Of a stretch of DNA of 44,795 bases, positions 17,647 to 29,600 are shown piece after piece. This stretch comes from a virus. The notes below the pieces were generated by a model. It made no database searches. It was not told the origin of the DNA and saw only the letters and a program-made list of their open reading frames with translations. The position numbers and the translations under genes were made by a program. Location of the stretch: IMG/VR virus record IMGVR_UViG_3300034196_000067, positions 1-44,795 of that record; one strand, 5' to 3'. The stretch's first letter is position 1. Each line of letters opens with the position of its first letter.

Positions 17647-17844
17647 TCAGAATCCAGTTCGGGTGACGAAGGCGGTGTTCTCTGTGCCCCCGCTGGGCCA
17701 CATTCCTTCAGGGGAGAACGCCCTGTCCCTAGGAGAGAGATCGTCCTTGGAAGGAGGAATCCCTCTCTTCTTCCCCTGCGTAGCCTGGGGACGGAGAGCT
17801 CCCATCTTGACGATGGCCAGCAACTCTTCAGCGAAGGAAGTCAT
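17647..17844 (-). CDS. Possible small protein (65 aa) with N-terminal FAEELLAI motif
   Basis: ATG overlaps the stop of 17841..18311 (ATGA coupling). MTSFAEELLAIVKMG loosely resembles the family motif. It would be the last gene of the long minus-strand unit. Speculative. Confidence 0.3.
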   Translation of the reverse strand: MTSFAEELLAIVKMGALRPQATQGKKRGIPPSKDDLSPRDRAFSPEGMWPSGGTENTAFVTRTGF

Positions 17845-18311
17845 TCTCCGCCGAGACTCTTGTGGAGAGCAGTGGCGGCTCTGATAGCCAAGTCAGACCA
17901 GAACTGCTTCCCACCGAAGCCTGCGACTTTGACGAAGTAGGCTCCCATGTCCCGATCATCCTCGACATCGAGCCCTTCGCCTCCAAAGACGTCCGTCATG
18001 GCCTTCTGGAGCTCATCCTTGAAGCCTTTGGGGAAGGCGGGGCGCGGTACGCCTGCGCTGTCTGCTGCATGAAGACCCCAGGGCCAGAAGTGGAAGATGA
18101 TGTCCCCACTCCGCTTCGCGAACTCCGCCTCGAAGTGTCCGGGGCTACGGATCTCCCGGAACTGAATGGGCTCTACTTGCTTGTTTCCGAAGGATGTCTC
18201 CTTGGTGATGACGGGAAACCCTTCGCCCTTCGCCTGGTCGAGAACGGAGATGCGCTCCGGAGAGAGTGCAAGCTGCTTCCTCGATTGAAGTTCCTGCTCA
18301 ACCCAGCTCAT
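17841..18311 (-). CDS. Hypothetical protein (156 aa)
   Basis: Minus-strand ORF coupled (ATGA) to the upstream 18308..19207. Confidence 0.45.
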   Translation of the reverse strand: MSWVEQELQSRKQLALSPERISVLDQAKGEGFPVITKETSFGNKQVEPIQFREIRSPGHFEAEFAKRSGDIIFHFWPWGLHAADSAGVPRPAFPKGFKDELQKAMTDVFGGEGLDVEDDRDMGAYFVKVAGFGGKQFWSDLAIRAATALHKSLGGE

Positions 18312-19207
18312 GAGAAACCCCCGTCATCCTTTGGGTGGTACCCCTTCTTGTCGACCTCGATGTACTTCTTTCCACGAACCTTCGCCTCGGCGTGGGTTGC
18401 TGCGTACCTCGGAGCGTCTTGGCTGGAAGGATGGCCTACCCACACGTCTTTCACTGGCCCCTTCCCTTTGAAACCGCCCTGGCTCTTGTAGAACTTCTCC
18501 ACTTCTTTCACGCGCTGCCGGGCCTGCATGTGAGGATGCTGAGACAGCTTCTTCCCTACCCCAGCCGCTGTAGCGAGCGCCAGTCCTCCGGCGACAATCT
18601 TCTTCCTGTGCTTGTGCCAGAGGGAGTCACTGGGACGCTCCCAGTCGTCGTTCTTTGCCGAGGTCTTCTCAACCGACTTGGTTTCGTAGATAGGTCTCTG
18701 GCGTTTCAGCTCGTCGGCTTTCTGCCAGACCTTCTGCTTCGTCGCCTTGGGCTGCTTCAAGACTTCGGCGGCGTCGTTGAACTTGTGATGACGCGCCGCT
18801 TCTTGAAGAGTCGAGGAGTCTCTCCCAACTCGGCGCATCATGTGGCCGCCCGAAGCTCCTACGAGCGCGCCGAACAACGCTCCCCGCTTGGCGCCCTTCT
18901 TCCGCTCATCAGGCTTGGCGGCCATGGCGCCTCCCACCGCTCCTGGGATGGCGCCTACGACCGCATGCGCCGACGTCGGCCCCACCCAGGCTGGGATCTT
19001 CGGCATCTTCACAGCGGACAGTTTCTTGAAGAACGTCCGTGTCTCCGCCCTGGCTTGCTTCTCGAACTGGATCTTCCCGAGCTCATCGAAGAAGCCATTC
19101 CACATGGCTTGCTTCTCCATCGTAGAGAGGTCTCTGGAATGGAAGGTTCCTCGGGCGATCGAGGCTTCCTTTGACTTCACCATCGCAAGGTAGGTTCGGG
19201 AGTTCAT
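18308..19207 (-). CDS. Basic Gly/Ala-rich protein of the FDEL-KI family (possible true start at 19120)
   Basis: Contains MEKQAMWNGFFDELGKIQFEK. Starting at this internal Met puts the motif at residues 10-17, as in the other family members. Gly/Ala-rich basic remainder. Confidence 0.5.
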   Translation of the reverse strand: MNSRTYLAMVKSKEASIARGTFHSRDLSTMEKQAMWNGFFDELGKIQFEKQARAETRTFFKKLSAVKMPKIPAWVGPTSAHAVVGAIPGAVGGAMAAKPDERKKGAKRGALFGALVGASGGHMMRRVGRDSSTLQEAARHHKFNDAAEVLKQPKATKQKVWQKADELKRQRPIYETKSVEKTSAKNDDWERPSDSLWHKHRKKIVAGGLALATAAGVGKKLSQHPHMQARQRVKEVEKFYKSQGGFKGKGPVKDVWVGHPSSQDAPRYAATHAEAKVRGKKYIEVDKKGYHPKDDGGFS

Positions 19208-19210
19208 AGA

Positions 19211-20074
19211 TCAGTTCTTGAGCCCGTCCTTCTCCTGCTCATCCTGCATGCCTCCGGAGAAGTTGCCGAGCGGAGCGAGAGTGTTGATGTCCGGTGGTGG
19301 CTTCTGCGGGTGTTCCATCCGGAAACGCTCGAAGTTCTTGAGCACGTCCTTGAGGGCCATGTCGCTGGTGGAGAGAGCCTCGTGACACTCGACGACGGCC
19401 TTCGCAAGCACGGCGATGGCCTTCACCTTGTCAGCGCCGGTACCAGGCTTGAGGTTCACTTCTTCTAGGGTGTAGTGAGCGATCTCCTGTGCGCGTTGGA
19501 TCATCACCTTAGACTCAACAGCTTGCGCGATGCGAAGGTGGTAGAGAGCAAGGCGGGCATCGCCTTGCAGAAGAGACATGTAACGCTCATAGAGCGCGGC
19601 TCGCCCGAAGAGGAAGCGTCCCCAGTCGTCGAAGGTGAGTAGCTGGGGATTCCAAAAGTAGTGGCGGAAGGTCTTCACGCCCTCTTCGGAAAGGAACCAG
19701 GTGTACTGCTTGTTGATGCGCTGGCAGGTCACCTTGATGTCGAGGCGGGAGAGGATCATCTGCTCTACCACCAGCCGTTGGTCAGGCATGGAGAGGATGT
19801 TCCACGCCTCCTGCATCTCAGGAGAGTTGCGGAAGATCTCGTAGATACCGAGGTTCCGCAAGTAACGCATCGACGGTCGATGCGTGGTGTCGAGGGGATC
19901 GAAGTCCTCTGGCGCCGGCGGAAGGCTCGCCTTCAAGAAGACGAAGTAGTTCTTCTCGTAGCTTGGAGGAAGAAGGCAGCCCCAGTCCTGGAGATGCTTC
20001 TCGATGGCCGCCTGATCCCAGTCAGGGTGCCGGATGATGAGGAACTTGATGAAGTACTCAGCAGGATGTCTCAC
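19211..20074 (-). CDS. Hypothetical protein (287 aa)
   Basis: Long minus-strand ORF. No recognisable motifs. Confidence 0.45.
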   Translation of the reverse strand: MRHPAEYFIKFLIIRHPDWDQAAIEKHLQDWGCLLPPSYEKNYFVFLKASLPPAPEDFDPLDTTHRPSMRYLRNLGIYEIFRNSPEMQEAWNILSMPDQRLVVEQMILSRLDIKVTCQRINKQYTWFLSEEGVKTFRHYFWNPQLLTFDDWGRFLFGRAALYERYMSLLQGDARLALYHLRIAQAVESKVMIQRAQEIAHYTLEEVNLKPGTGADKVKAIAVLAKAVVECHEALSTSDMALKDVLKNFERFRMEHPQKPPPDINTLAPLGNFSGGMQDEQEKDGLKN

Positions 20075-20076
20075 GA

Positions 20077-22584
20077 TCAGGCCTCAGCGTGCTGAACGGC
20101 GCGGAGGGATTGGATGACCTCTTCCATGTTCTTCATCGTCCTCTCCACTGCCTCTTCAGGCACCGCCCTCTCTCCGACGTATCCCGAGAGAAGCATCTCG
20201 GCGAGTTGCTCGCTTGTCTGCTCCAGGCTGGGAATGAAGTCGATGAAGGTCGAGAGGTTCTCGGGGTTGACGAAGTTCAGAGCGAGCACCTTGTCGACCG
20301 TTGATTCATCCTGAAGCGTCGCGGCCTCCTTGATGAGATCGCGACGAAGGTTCGGGATCAGCGAAGCGAAGGCGGATGCGGTCTTCTTCTTTTCTTCGTA
20401 GAGCTCCGCCAGTGTGGTGATGTCCTTCAGGTTGGAAAGCTTCACCACACCATTCCGACGAGCGACAGAGAGCTTCTCCTTGATGGAAGAGCCATCGACG
20501 CCGAGCAGACCGAGCATGAACTCCGCAGAGACGGGGTCGAGGTCGTAGCGGTACTTGGCCGCGATCTTCGCCAGCCCACAGCCTCCTTCGAGGTTGAACG
20601 AGCCGTTCCAGAAGAGGTCGACGGAGTGGGCCGCTGCCCGAGCCGCACTCGTCTTGTTCATCTCCTCCGCACTTCCGAGGAGCTGAGTCTGGCCATTCAA
20701 GGCCATGAACTTCCAGGAGGCCGGTACGGCGAATTCGCCATCAGCGATCTGTTGAGGCTGCACGAGCTCTGGGGAGAGATGCACCGTGACCTGATTCCCC
20801 ATGAAGTCGACGCAGGTGTACATTTCCCCGCCATCGGGACCTGTCATGCCTCCTCGCACTGTCACAGGAGCAGTCGCACGGGCACCATCTCTCGTGACTT
20901 CGTAGAAGACTCCCTCACCGCGAGGGGCGGAGACTGGGAGCGTCATGCTCTTGCCGACGAGTTCTCCGACAACGGCGTCCTGGACAGAGAAGGCTGAGCC
21001 GTTTGTGAAGAGAGCCACTGGCGTTTCAGAGAAGCTCCCATCCCAGGCCAGTGTGGTAGGGAAGACCCATCCCAGTATCTGGTTCCCCATCTTGTCCTGA
21101 ACCAGATACTCCCCGAACTCTTGAATGGCGTCAGCATTCGGCTCCTCGGGAGAGAGAACCTCTTCCGGGATCGGATCGGCCACTGCGGAGAGCGTCTGAC
21201 CAGGCTGCATCGCCTGCGCCTGATCGGGACCGATGGCCTCTGCCGCCTCTTCTTGAGGAACCACCTGCCCTTGTGCCTCCTGGCCTGGAGCGAAAGCGTT
21301 TACGTTGGCGCTCTTCACGAGGAAGTTGCCACCGGGAAGCTTCTGGAAGGTGATGACCGTCGGATCGATGCTCTCCGCGATGGCGAGCAACCGCTCCTCT
21401 ACTGAGGCCCTCTTCGTCTTGTCGAAAACTTCGACGAGGAGGTCGGTCACCCCTGCTCTCTGAAGCCCGGCGCGCAGCGTCGCATCAGAGGCCACCTTCT
21501 GCACGAAGGCTTCCGCATCCTTCTCGCGGATGGTCGGAGCGATGGCGCGAAGAAGGGAGACAGAGGCCTTCTTCTGCTGACCTCCGCCCAGCATCTTCGT
21601 CCCCTCCGACATCATCTTCTGGCCCTTATCGAACTGCTTCTGCTGCGTCTTCTGCTGCTTCTCGACGAGCTTTCTCTTGTACTCCTCGATCTTGCCAGGA
21701 GGCGGCGGCTCCGGCTTTGGGTGGTAGCCGTAGATCTTGGTGGCCATCTCGTAGACCCGGTTCTGAACTGCCGGGTGATCGCGGCCACCGTACTCCTGCA
21801 CCATCTTCTGGATGTCGAGAGAGTCGTAGATCGCGTTCCACTGCTCCTTGGAGATGTGCTTGAAGGAGACCTTCTCCTTGGTCGTCTTCTGGAGCGTCGC
21901 GAAAAGCTGCTCTTCTGGAGACGCGCTCGACAAGACCATCTTCGCAGCCGCGAGCCCTTGGGGGCCCTTATTGACCATCTTGAAGCCGATCGCCTTGGCC
22001 CGCGCCACTCGCGAGGGGTCTTTCGATCCCAGGTTCTTGATCGCGGTCTTGGCAGCGTAGGCGAAAGGCATCGACTCCTTCTGCACCGATGCGGTCTTGT
22101 AGTCGCCACCCATGCCGATGCCGGAACGGTGCGGCGGCATGAGAGGCTCGACCAAGGACGGATCCTGGGGCGGCGAGACAGAGAGGTCGAAGGTGCTGGG
22201 GTTGAAGAGCTGCTCCCTCACCCGCTCTTCGTTGAGCGGAAGGACTCGCTCGCCGTCGAGGAAGGTGCTGAAGGGACGGACCGACCGCTCCTGCACCACA
22301 AGGGGGACCCGAATGTGAGGCAGCCCGGCCTCGTCATGCTCAGCGTCGGGGCGCTCCGTCTTGTTGTGGATGTCGGCGTACCCGAAGGCGTAGCCGCGTT
22401 CCGGGTCGACTCGATCCAAGTTGACGTTGACGTCGTAGTCGGAGAGGTAGGGAAGCTGCTTGTAGAGATCGCTCGTCAGCTCCTGTGGCCAGTTCTCCGG
22501 CTTCTCCGAGAGACGGCCGGCGTATGCAGACGTCTTCTGAAGCTGGTCCTGCTTTGGGAGGTTGTCCTTGTAGAGGGAGCGCAT
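20077..22584 (-). CDS. Large virion-type protein (835 aa), function unknown
   Basis: Long ORF tightly packed between neighbours. Mixed Q/K-rich and beta-rich regions. Confidence 0.5.
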   Translation of the reverse strand: MRSLYKDNLPKQDQLQKTSAYAGRLSEKPENWPQELTSDLYKQLPYLSDYDVNVNLDRVDPERGYAFGYADIHNKTERPDAEHDEAGLPHIRVPLVVQERSVRPFSTFLDGERVLPLNEERVREQLFNPSTFDLSVSPPQDPSLVEPLMPPHRSGIGMGGDYKTASVQKESMPFAYAAKTAIKNLGSKDPSRVARAKAIGFKMVNKGPQGLAAAKMVLSSASPEEQLFATLQKTTKEKVSFKHISKEQWNAIYDSLDIQKMVQEYGGRDHPAVQNRVYEMATKIYGYHPKPEPPPPGKIEEYKRKLVEKQQKTQQKQFDKGQKMMSEGTKMLGGGQQKKASVSLLRAIAPTIREKDAEAFVQKVASDATLRAGLQRAGVTDLLVEVFDKTKRASVEERLLAIAESIDPTVITFQKLPGGNFLVKSANVNAFAPGQEAQGQVVPQEEAAEAIGPDQAQAMQPGQTLSAVADPIPEEVLSPEEPNADAIQEFGEYLVQDKMGNQILGWVFPTTLAWDGSFSETPVALFTNGSAFSVQDAVVGELVGKSMTLPVSAPRGEGVFYEVTRDGARATAPVTVRGGMTGPDGGEMYTCVDFMGNQVTVHLSPELVQPQQIADGEFAVPASWKFMALNGQTQLLGSAEEMNKTSAARAAAHSVDLFWNGSFNLEGGCGLAKIAAKYRYDLDPVSAEFMLGLLGVDGSSIKEKLSVARRNGVVKLSNLKDITTLAELYEEKKKTASAFASLIPNLRRDLIKEAATLQDESTVDKVLALNFVNPENLSTFIDFIPSLEQTSEQLAEMLLSGYVGERAVPEEAVERTMKNMEEVIQSLRAVQHAEA

Positions 22585-22593
22585 CTTCTTCTC

Positions 22594-23667
22594 CTACGAT
22601 CCGAAGAGAGTCGTCGACACCGGAAGGTTGTTGGAAGGCGGAGCCGGGGGTCCGGTCGGTGATCCAGGCCCGATGACTGGGTGTACGTGCGTGAGCAACC
22701 AAGTAAGGAAGGCAGGATCCGCCAGAAGAACAGGGAACGTCCCCTCCCCTACCACAAGCATAGGGCCAGCAGTCACCTGGCCTCCTGCGAGGAGGGAAAG
22801 GGTCGTTCCTGCTTTGACGCTCGCCGCTGCATCTGCCTGGACGTCAACTGTCCTTCCTTGAATGCTGGCTGCGAGAGAAGAGGAGACTGAAACATTCCCT
22901 TGAGCCGCGAGAGAGAAGTTCCCTCTCACGCTCCAGTCTACATTCCCTTCGCAAGACCAGGATACCGAGCCATCCTTCTGAAACTCCAAGCTGATCTTCG
23001 TCGCCGCCCCTGTCTTCCCCGAGGCGTTGATGACGAGAGACAGGATATTCTGGGAGCTGTCTGAGTGGGAACCGATTTCAAGAACTGCGACGTAGTCAGG
23101 GTCGTCTGCAAACTGCTTCGCGCGCAGTTTCAGCGTTGCTGGGCGAGCTCCGTCCGTCGTGTTCTCAGAGCGCTGAATGCTCCAATCCAAATCCCCACCC
23201 AACGTATTCAGAGTGTAGTTCTCGCAGAAGTCTCTGATGGCATTGTTGATTGGGATGAACATCCTCTGAGAAAGAGGACCTCCTCCGATCTGCACGACCC
23301 CACCCCGGCGCAAGATGAGGAAGTTCTCATCTCTCGTCCCTAGGTAGATGTCTCCTGGATTGAGACCCATCTTCTTGGAGCGCAGAGAGTCGTTCTCGTC
23401 TCGGGCAGGAGCCCAAGCCAAGACGAACGGCTTGGAGCCGTCAGAGGGGAAGCAGATCCAACACAGACTCCCTACCTCCGGCATGAAGTAGATGCCTTCG
23501 CCGTTTGCGTGGTGCTGGTAGGGTGTCGCGAACCCAAGGCCGGACAGTGGTTTCTTGGTGAACTGCGTGACAGCGGAGACCGAGTAGGCCTCGACATCGA
23601 CGTCGATGATCTGACCAGACTCGACGTAGGCCGGAACGGTTCGGATCTGAGAGGCGGCTATGGCCAT
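22594..23667 (-). CDS. Hypothetical structural protein (357 aa)
   Basis: ATG immediately follows the RNAP stop (TAAATG). Ser/Gly/Val-rich beta-like composition. Confidence 0.5.
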   Translation of the reverse strand: MAIAASQIRTVPAYVESGQIIDVDVEAYSVSAVTQFTKKPLSGLGFATPYQHHANGEGIYFMPEVGSLCWICFPSDGSKPFVLAWAPARDENDSLRSKKMGLNPGDIYLGTRDENFLILRRGGVVQIGGGPLSQRMFIPINNAIRDFCENYTLNTLGGDLDWSIQRSENTTDGARPATLKLRAKQFADDPDYVAVLEIGSHSDSSQNILSLVINASGKTGAATKISLEFQKDGSVSWSCEGNVDWSVRGNFSLAAQGNVSVSSSLAASIQGRTVDVQADAAASVKAGTTLSLLAGGQVTAGPMLVVGEGTFPVLLADPAFLTWLLTHVHPVIGPGSPTGPPAPPSNNLPVSTTLFGS

Positions 23668-26600
23668 TTAGTAGGCGAACGGCTTCTTGCGAGTGACTTC
23701 CTTCGGAGGAGCCCCGAACTCCTTGCCGTAGGCGATTCCAGGAATGGGGTGAGCGCCGTGGATGTCGCTCTTCCACGCCTGACTGGCCCCTCGCTGAAGG
23801 GTCTGCTTGAGGCGCTGGTAGTTGAGGCGAGCCATCCAGTCGGTAGACTGGTTGGGGATGTTTCCAGAGCCAGGAAGCATGGGCTCGTGTGTGATTGGCT
23901 GCTCGTGCGTCTTGCCTTTGTTGTTGCGGTTGAACTCCTCCACCAAGGAGTGCGGAACTACGTCTCCTGGATCCCACTGAGAGCTGCCAGGGTCCTTGAT
24001 CCGAGTGTAGTTGGTGAGGCTTCGAACCACGAGCTCGATGTTACGTGGCCGGACGTTTTCGTCCTTGTAGAGCTTCCTGTAGAGCTCGTCGACCAGGTGG
24101 CGCTGCACCCCATGCATGTCCTTGGTGATGTGGAGGAGCTCCTTCGGGTGAATCGGAGCCATCTCATGAGACAAGCTCTCGCCTCGACGCACCTCCGCTC
24201 CAACCACAAGAGCAGGGTTGATTTCTCCTTCTCGAATGTGGTGGTCGATCCCGTTGATGGTAACGACGTGGCCACCAAGACCGGGGTCTGGCTTGATGCC
24301 TGTGACGGTTCCTGTGGTCTTGGCAAGAATGGCTGACCCCTTCAAGATCTTCGGCATCTTGAGTAGGTCCTTCAGTCGTTGAATCCTGGAGACGGAACCA
24401 CCTCCACGGCCCGACGCGATACCTCCGGTGTGGAAGGCATCCATGGCGAGCTGAGTCGCGGGCTCGCCCAAAGCTTGTCCAGCGAGGACGCCGATGTTGG
24501 TCCCCACCGGATGGAGCTTCCCATTCTCATTGAGGCCGAAACACTTAGAGCAGACACCTTCTCCGTGCTGGCACTTGAGAGGGGAGCGGACTTGGATCTT
24601 GGCGTCCTTCCCAAGAACCTGACGCAGGCGATCTACGAGAGCAGGAGTGACCTGTTCCCCCGCCTTGAAAGGCCCGTGGTCCTTGGCCAAGAACCGATCG
24701 TAGACGTCGAGATGGTAGGGATCCTTGGGGTCGAGAGGCATCAGGATGCCGTGCTGCGTTCCACAGTCCTCGCTCGTGATGAGCGTCGAGATTGTGGAGT
24801 TGATGATGTCCTTCGTCATCGCGCCAGGCTCTCTCGTACCGCTGGCGCGCTGGAGAGTTCCCTTGCGGGCGCCGTGCTGGGCGAGCCAGTAGTCTCCGAC
24901 GTCGAGCCCCTCTCCGTAGGACCTGGTGATGGGGAAGGGAACCACGCGGCCCGTAGAATCCTGCACAAGCATCGGGGCTGCGATCATCTGTCGAAGCTGC
25001 TCTGGTTTTCCACGCGCACCGGAGTAGACCATGGCGCCGAGGTGGCTACCTTCTTTTGGCAGCCGCACTCTCGCTGCGGCGTCGAGCTTCTCCGTTGCCT
25101 TGGAGAAGATCTCCACCAGCTTCGCCTCCCTCTCCCATGAATGAAGAGACGGGTCGATCTTTGCTGCTTGATGCTGCGCCTCCGCTACGATCTGGTCGCG
25201 CTCAGGCAGAGGAGCAAAGTCCTTCAGACTGAGAGAGAACCCGTGCTTGAAGGACTGCTCAGTACCCAGATCCTTCAGGTTGTTCACCACCTTGTCGAAC
25301 TCTCCAGGATGCTTCTTGGCGAGCTCGGTGACAATGGAGCCCATTGGCTTCTTGGAGATCTCGAACTCGGGGTCGTAAAGCACTTGCCCCCGCATCGCGA
25401 AATCCCGAGGAAGGCGGGATTCGATCCGTAGACGGCCAAGCGTAGTAGGCCGGTTCCCGACTTGTTCGACTCGGACTACATCTGTGTGAGTCAGGAGTCC
25501 TTTGTCGACCAGGTCTGAGAGCTCATCGACGGTCTTCACGGTCTTGCCGGAATCCTTACCCCATTTGGAGATGAGGTGAAGGCCGAGCAGGAACTCCTGG
25601 GAAGGGATGTGCATCGCGCCGTAGGTCGTGGGAGAGAAGAGGTTCCGTGAAGGGAACATCTTCTTCGCCTCTTCCACCGCTTCTTGGGAAATAGGGACGG
25701 TGCCCGCCATCGTATCGCCGTCGAAGTCGGCGTTGAAGCCGCCACAGACCAGCGGGTGGATCTTGATGGCCTTGCCTTCCACCGTCTTGGGGCGGAACGC
25801 TTGAACCGAGAACTTGTGCAGAGCCGGATCTCTTTTGAGAAGAAGGGGTCGATCCTTCATCACCTCGTCGAGAGCCTTCTTGGCATGATCCGACTGTGCC
25901 TTCATCTCGGACATAGCTTGAGAAGGCGTGTATCCGTAGCGCGAGTGCATATGCGCCACGACGAAGGGCTTGTAGAGCTCCATCGCGGCCACACGGGGAA
26001 GCCCGATCTCGTCGATGTGAAGGGAAGGTTCAGGGACGATGGTGGACCGAATTGACAGGTCCTGCTTCCGCTTGACGAGCTTCTCTTGGAAGTACCCCTC
26101 CTTCGGCTGATCTCCACCGATGAGGTCCACAATACCCTTCAGCTCTCGGTTGTCGAAGCTCTCCTTGTCGTAGATGGGTGTGTAGTCTCCGACAGCCTGT
26201 AGAGCCTTCATGCTGTTCCAGAGCTCGCCGCGGAGCTCGTGGACCATCTCATGCCCATACTTCTCCGCAGGCATGACCTTCATCTTCTCATTCACAAGAC
26301 CCACGGTCTTGTAGAGGTCGTTGAGAGAGCTCTTCGCCACATCACCGCGTGCCGTGGGAGTCACTGGACGGAAAGCAGCCGGCAGGACCGGGATGTTTTG
26401 AAGCACGTAGGCCTCGTGCGGCTTCATGTCGAGGTCCTTCAGTGCCAGAAGGTACTTGAGCGTGCGGTTGCTCTGGTCGCGCTTCGAGCCTCTCTTCGTA
26501 GGAAGCTCCTCCCGCAGCTTCTTGATCTCCTCTTCGACGTTGACGCTCTTCAGAGCGTCTGCGATGGCTCGACCCCCCACCTTCCCGTCGAGGGTGCTCT

Positions 26601-29600
26601 GCCCTGACATGATCTTGTCCACTTCCTGGACGGAGATGTCGCCATGCTTGAGGGAGAGAAGAGACGGGATGGGGCCCTTGTTCTGCTTGTCTCCGACAAA
26701 GAGCGGATTCGGCACCGGCTCATGGAGCTTGATGTAGCTCCACTTCTCGCCGCGGGACCCGACGATAGCAGGATCGAACAGACCGCCCTTCTCAGGCTTG
26801 AAACCCTTGGAGGTGAAGAGCAGAGGTTTGCGGATCTCGTTCTTACCGTTGTCAGCGATCTTCAGGACCTCGCGATCCGTCATAGGCACCAGCCGCATCG
26901 AGGTGCCTTCCTTGCGAACATCAACGCCGAGGCCGCGAAGCAGTCCTTCGAATTTGGTGTATGCGAAGGGGATCTTCGGAGGAGGCGGCTCTCGTCCTTC
27001 TTGAATCATCCGCCAGAAGTCGACGCCCTGCATGTCTGCTTTGTAGGTCGTCATCTCCCGAAGGTTGTGACGCGCGTTGTGTCCGAGGAGAGAGTAGAGC
27101 TCAAGGGAGCCGAAACCCTGGCCACCAGAAGCCCCGCCCTTCACTGGCTGCATGTCCTGATCGTATTTGTACGGGCGATCGGAGAGGTCCGAACCTCCTC
27201 CGCGCACTACCAGCTTCTTCTCGACCTGGTGCTTCAGCTTGAGAAGGTGTTGAGGGCCGACGAGGATCTTGCCCAGAGGGCGTCGACGATCAGATGGGTC
27301 GAAGACTTCCTCTTCGTCAGACAAGCCATGCTTCGCAAGCTCGTCCACCACCTGCTTGCGATAGTCGTGTCCTGATCCAGCGAAGTTGTTCACGAAGAAG
27401 GGGGAGCCGGTCTTCTCTGCCACTTTACCGGCAGCAGTCTCCAAGACCTGCCCGATGTTCATACGAGTAGGCACGCCTGATGGGTTCAGGAGCACATCAA
27501 GAGGACGGTCTGTCCCATCCGGCTTCTTCACGAAGGGCATCTCGTGGTCCGGAAGGATCTTGGTGATGATGCCCTTGTTGCCGTGGCGTCCGGAGAGCTT
27601 GTCGCCGATCTCAGCAGCTTCCTCGGTCTTCACGAAGACCTTCACGCTCTTGCCGTTCGGACTCTTCACAACTCGCGTGACGATGCCCGGGTAGTCACTG
27701 TCCCAGGTGAGAGACTTGTCCTTCCATGGCTTGATAGCCTTGTTGCCGAATCTCTCGACCATGATCTGACTCTTCACCTTGTTGGGAGTCAGACACGTAG
27801 CGAGAACCTGCCCGTTCGTTACCCTAGAGCCCTCCTTGATGACGCCATCGTCATCCAACATGGAGAGCTTATCTTTCGAGTGGCTCGTCGCCTTGTGTGA
27901 GGCGTAGGACATCCACTTCTTCTTTGAAGTAACGTCCTCTTCCGGCGCCACATCCATCTTCAGCTTGTGCAAATGCTCGCTGGTGAGCTTCTGAGAAGCC
28001 GACTCAGAGATGACGATACCGTCTTCGAAGTTGTACCCTTTGTAGGGAATGTAGCCGACGTGGAGGTTCGTCCCTAGGGCCAGAGTGCCGTTTCGAGTGA
28101 AGTTCGAGTCGGCCACCACCTGCCCAGCCTTCACCTGGTCCCCGACCTTCACCACCGGCTGGGAGTGCAGCATGGTAGTCGGATCATTCAGCGGGAAATG
28201 GTTGTAGAGCTGAACCTTGTGCTCAGTCTTGCCGTCGTGGACGTGGACCCCGTCCGCAGTGATCTTCGTCACCTTGCCATCCACAGGAGCTCTGTGGGCC
28301 GCGAAACTCGTGCCGATGAGCTTCTCGAAGGAGTGGGTTGGGTTGTCCGACCGCACCAGGCTCTGCACGAGAGGGGCTTCACGGTTCTTCAGCGAGATGG
28401 CCTGTTCCATCTGCTTGTCGGCCATCGAAGCGCGGTTGCCTTGGTCGCAAGGAAGGAAGGGGATGAGGTTCGATGTGTAGCTGAACATCGCCTTCGCCGT
28501 TGGCATGAGGAAGTCTGCCTCATGGTAGGGGCGCCGACTGATGTCCCCACCAGGCAACTTCACCTTCACTTCTCTGGCGATGGGAACGTACTTGCCGTCG
28601 ACCTTCTTCACCTGATCAGGCAGCACCACCATGGCCGTGTGGAACTCGGGAACAGTGACATCCTTGAGCTTCCCGGTCTTGAGATCCACGACGGTGGTGC
28701 TGAGGCTCCGACCCTCCTTGCGAACACCAGAACCGAGGTGGAGCGTGATGCCTGTACGCTCAGACTCTGGGGTATGCATCGGATCGAGGAAGGCGAAGTG
28801 AGAAGGGTTCACCCCCTGCATCTCCTCACCGACCTTCTCGGGGTCCTTGATACCACCGTAGTCCTTGGCGATGACGGTAGTCTTGAAGTTCCCTGAGAGC
28901 ATCTGTACTGGGTTCGTCTGCTCACTGCGTTCGGAGACGTTGCCGCCTTGGGTGAAGAATTCCTTGATGGGACGGTTGAAGAGATCTCCGCCCTGCATGA
29001 TCTCGGAGATGACGTTCTTTCGTCCGATGGAGAGCAGGACCTTGTTCTTCACTCTCTTCTTGAAGTTGTTCTTGTCGAGCTTCTCTGGAATGAAGTCCTC
29101 GACGTGAACGACTTCCTTGAAGATCAGGCTGTCACGATCATCAGGCTCTACCTCGCGCCGCTCCAACTTGAGCAGCTTGTTCGATGCAGCGAGAAGAGCT
29201 CCTCCGGTCACCTTCTCGAACGGGTGCCCGAGTGTGGCTTTGGTGGTATCTGGGAAGAGCTGCGTATCGTCGAAGTAGCGGAAGATGTGCTCCCGCATCT
29301 CTTCCATGGACGGAGCTCGCCCGATGTCTGGCGGGGCGGTCTTCTCCCAGAACTTCCGAAGAGCTCGTTCCTCTGCCTCTGGCTGAGCGACCTTGTTGGC
29401 TTCGAAGACGGCTTTGCCCCAGGACTTCTCCATCTCGGCATCGTCTACTCCCATCACCTTGAGAAGGGGGTATGCTGGGATCTTCGCATCCCCCGACTTG
29501 GTCTTGAAGTTGATGAGACTCTTCTTGCGATCGAGGAGTAGGTCGAAGTTCTTCGACCCGCCCTTGCGCAAGTTGAATTCAGAAACCAGGTCTCCGTTGC

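Noticed and set aside
18335-19174. 279-aa plus-strand ORF antisense to 18308..19207
   Set aside because: Shadow ORF. The minus frame carries the conserved family motif and operon coupling.
21721-22662. 313-aa plus-strand ORF antisense to the 835-aa gene
   Set aside because: Leu/Arg/Val-rich shadow frame spanning a gene junction on the other strand.
28165-28896. 243-aa plus-strand ORF inside the RNAP gene (antisense)
   Set aside because: Lies opposite the conserved beta-subunit motifs. Composition typical of GC-rich antisense frames.
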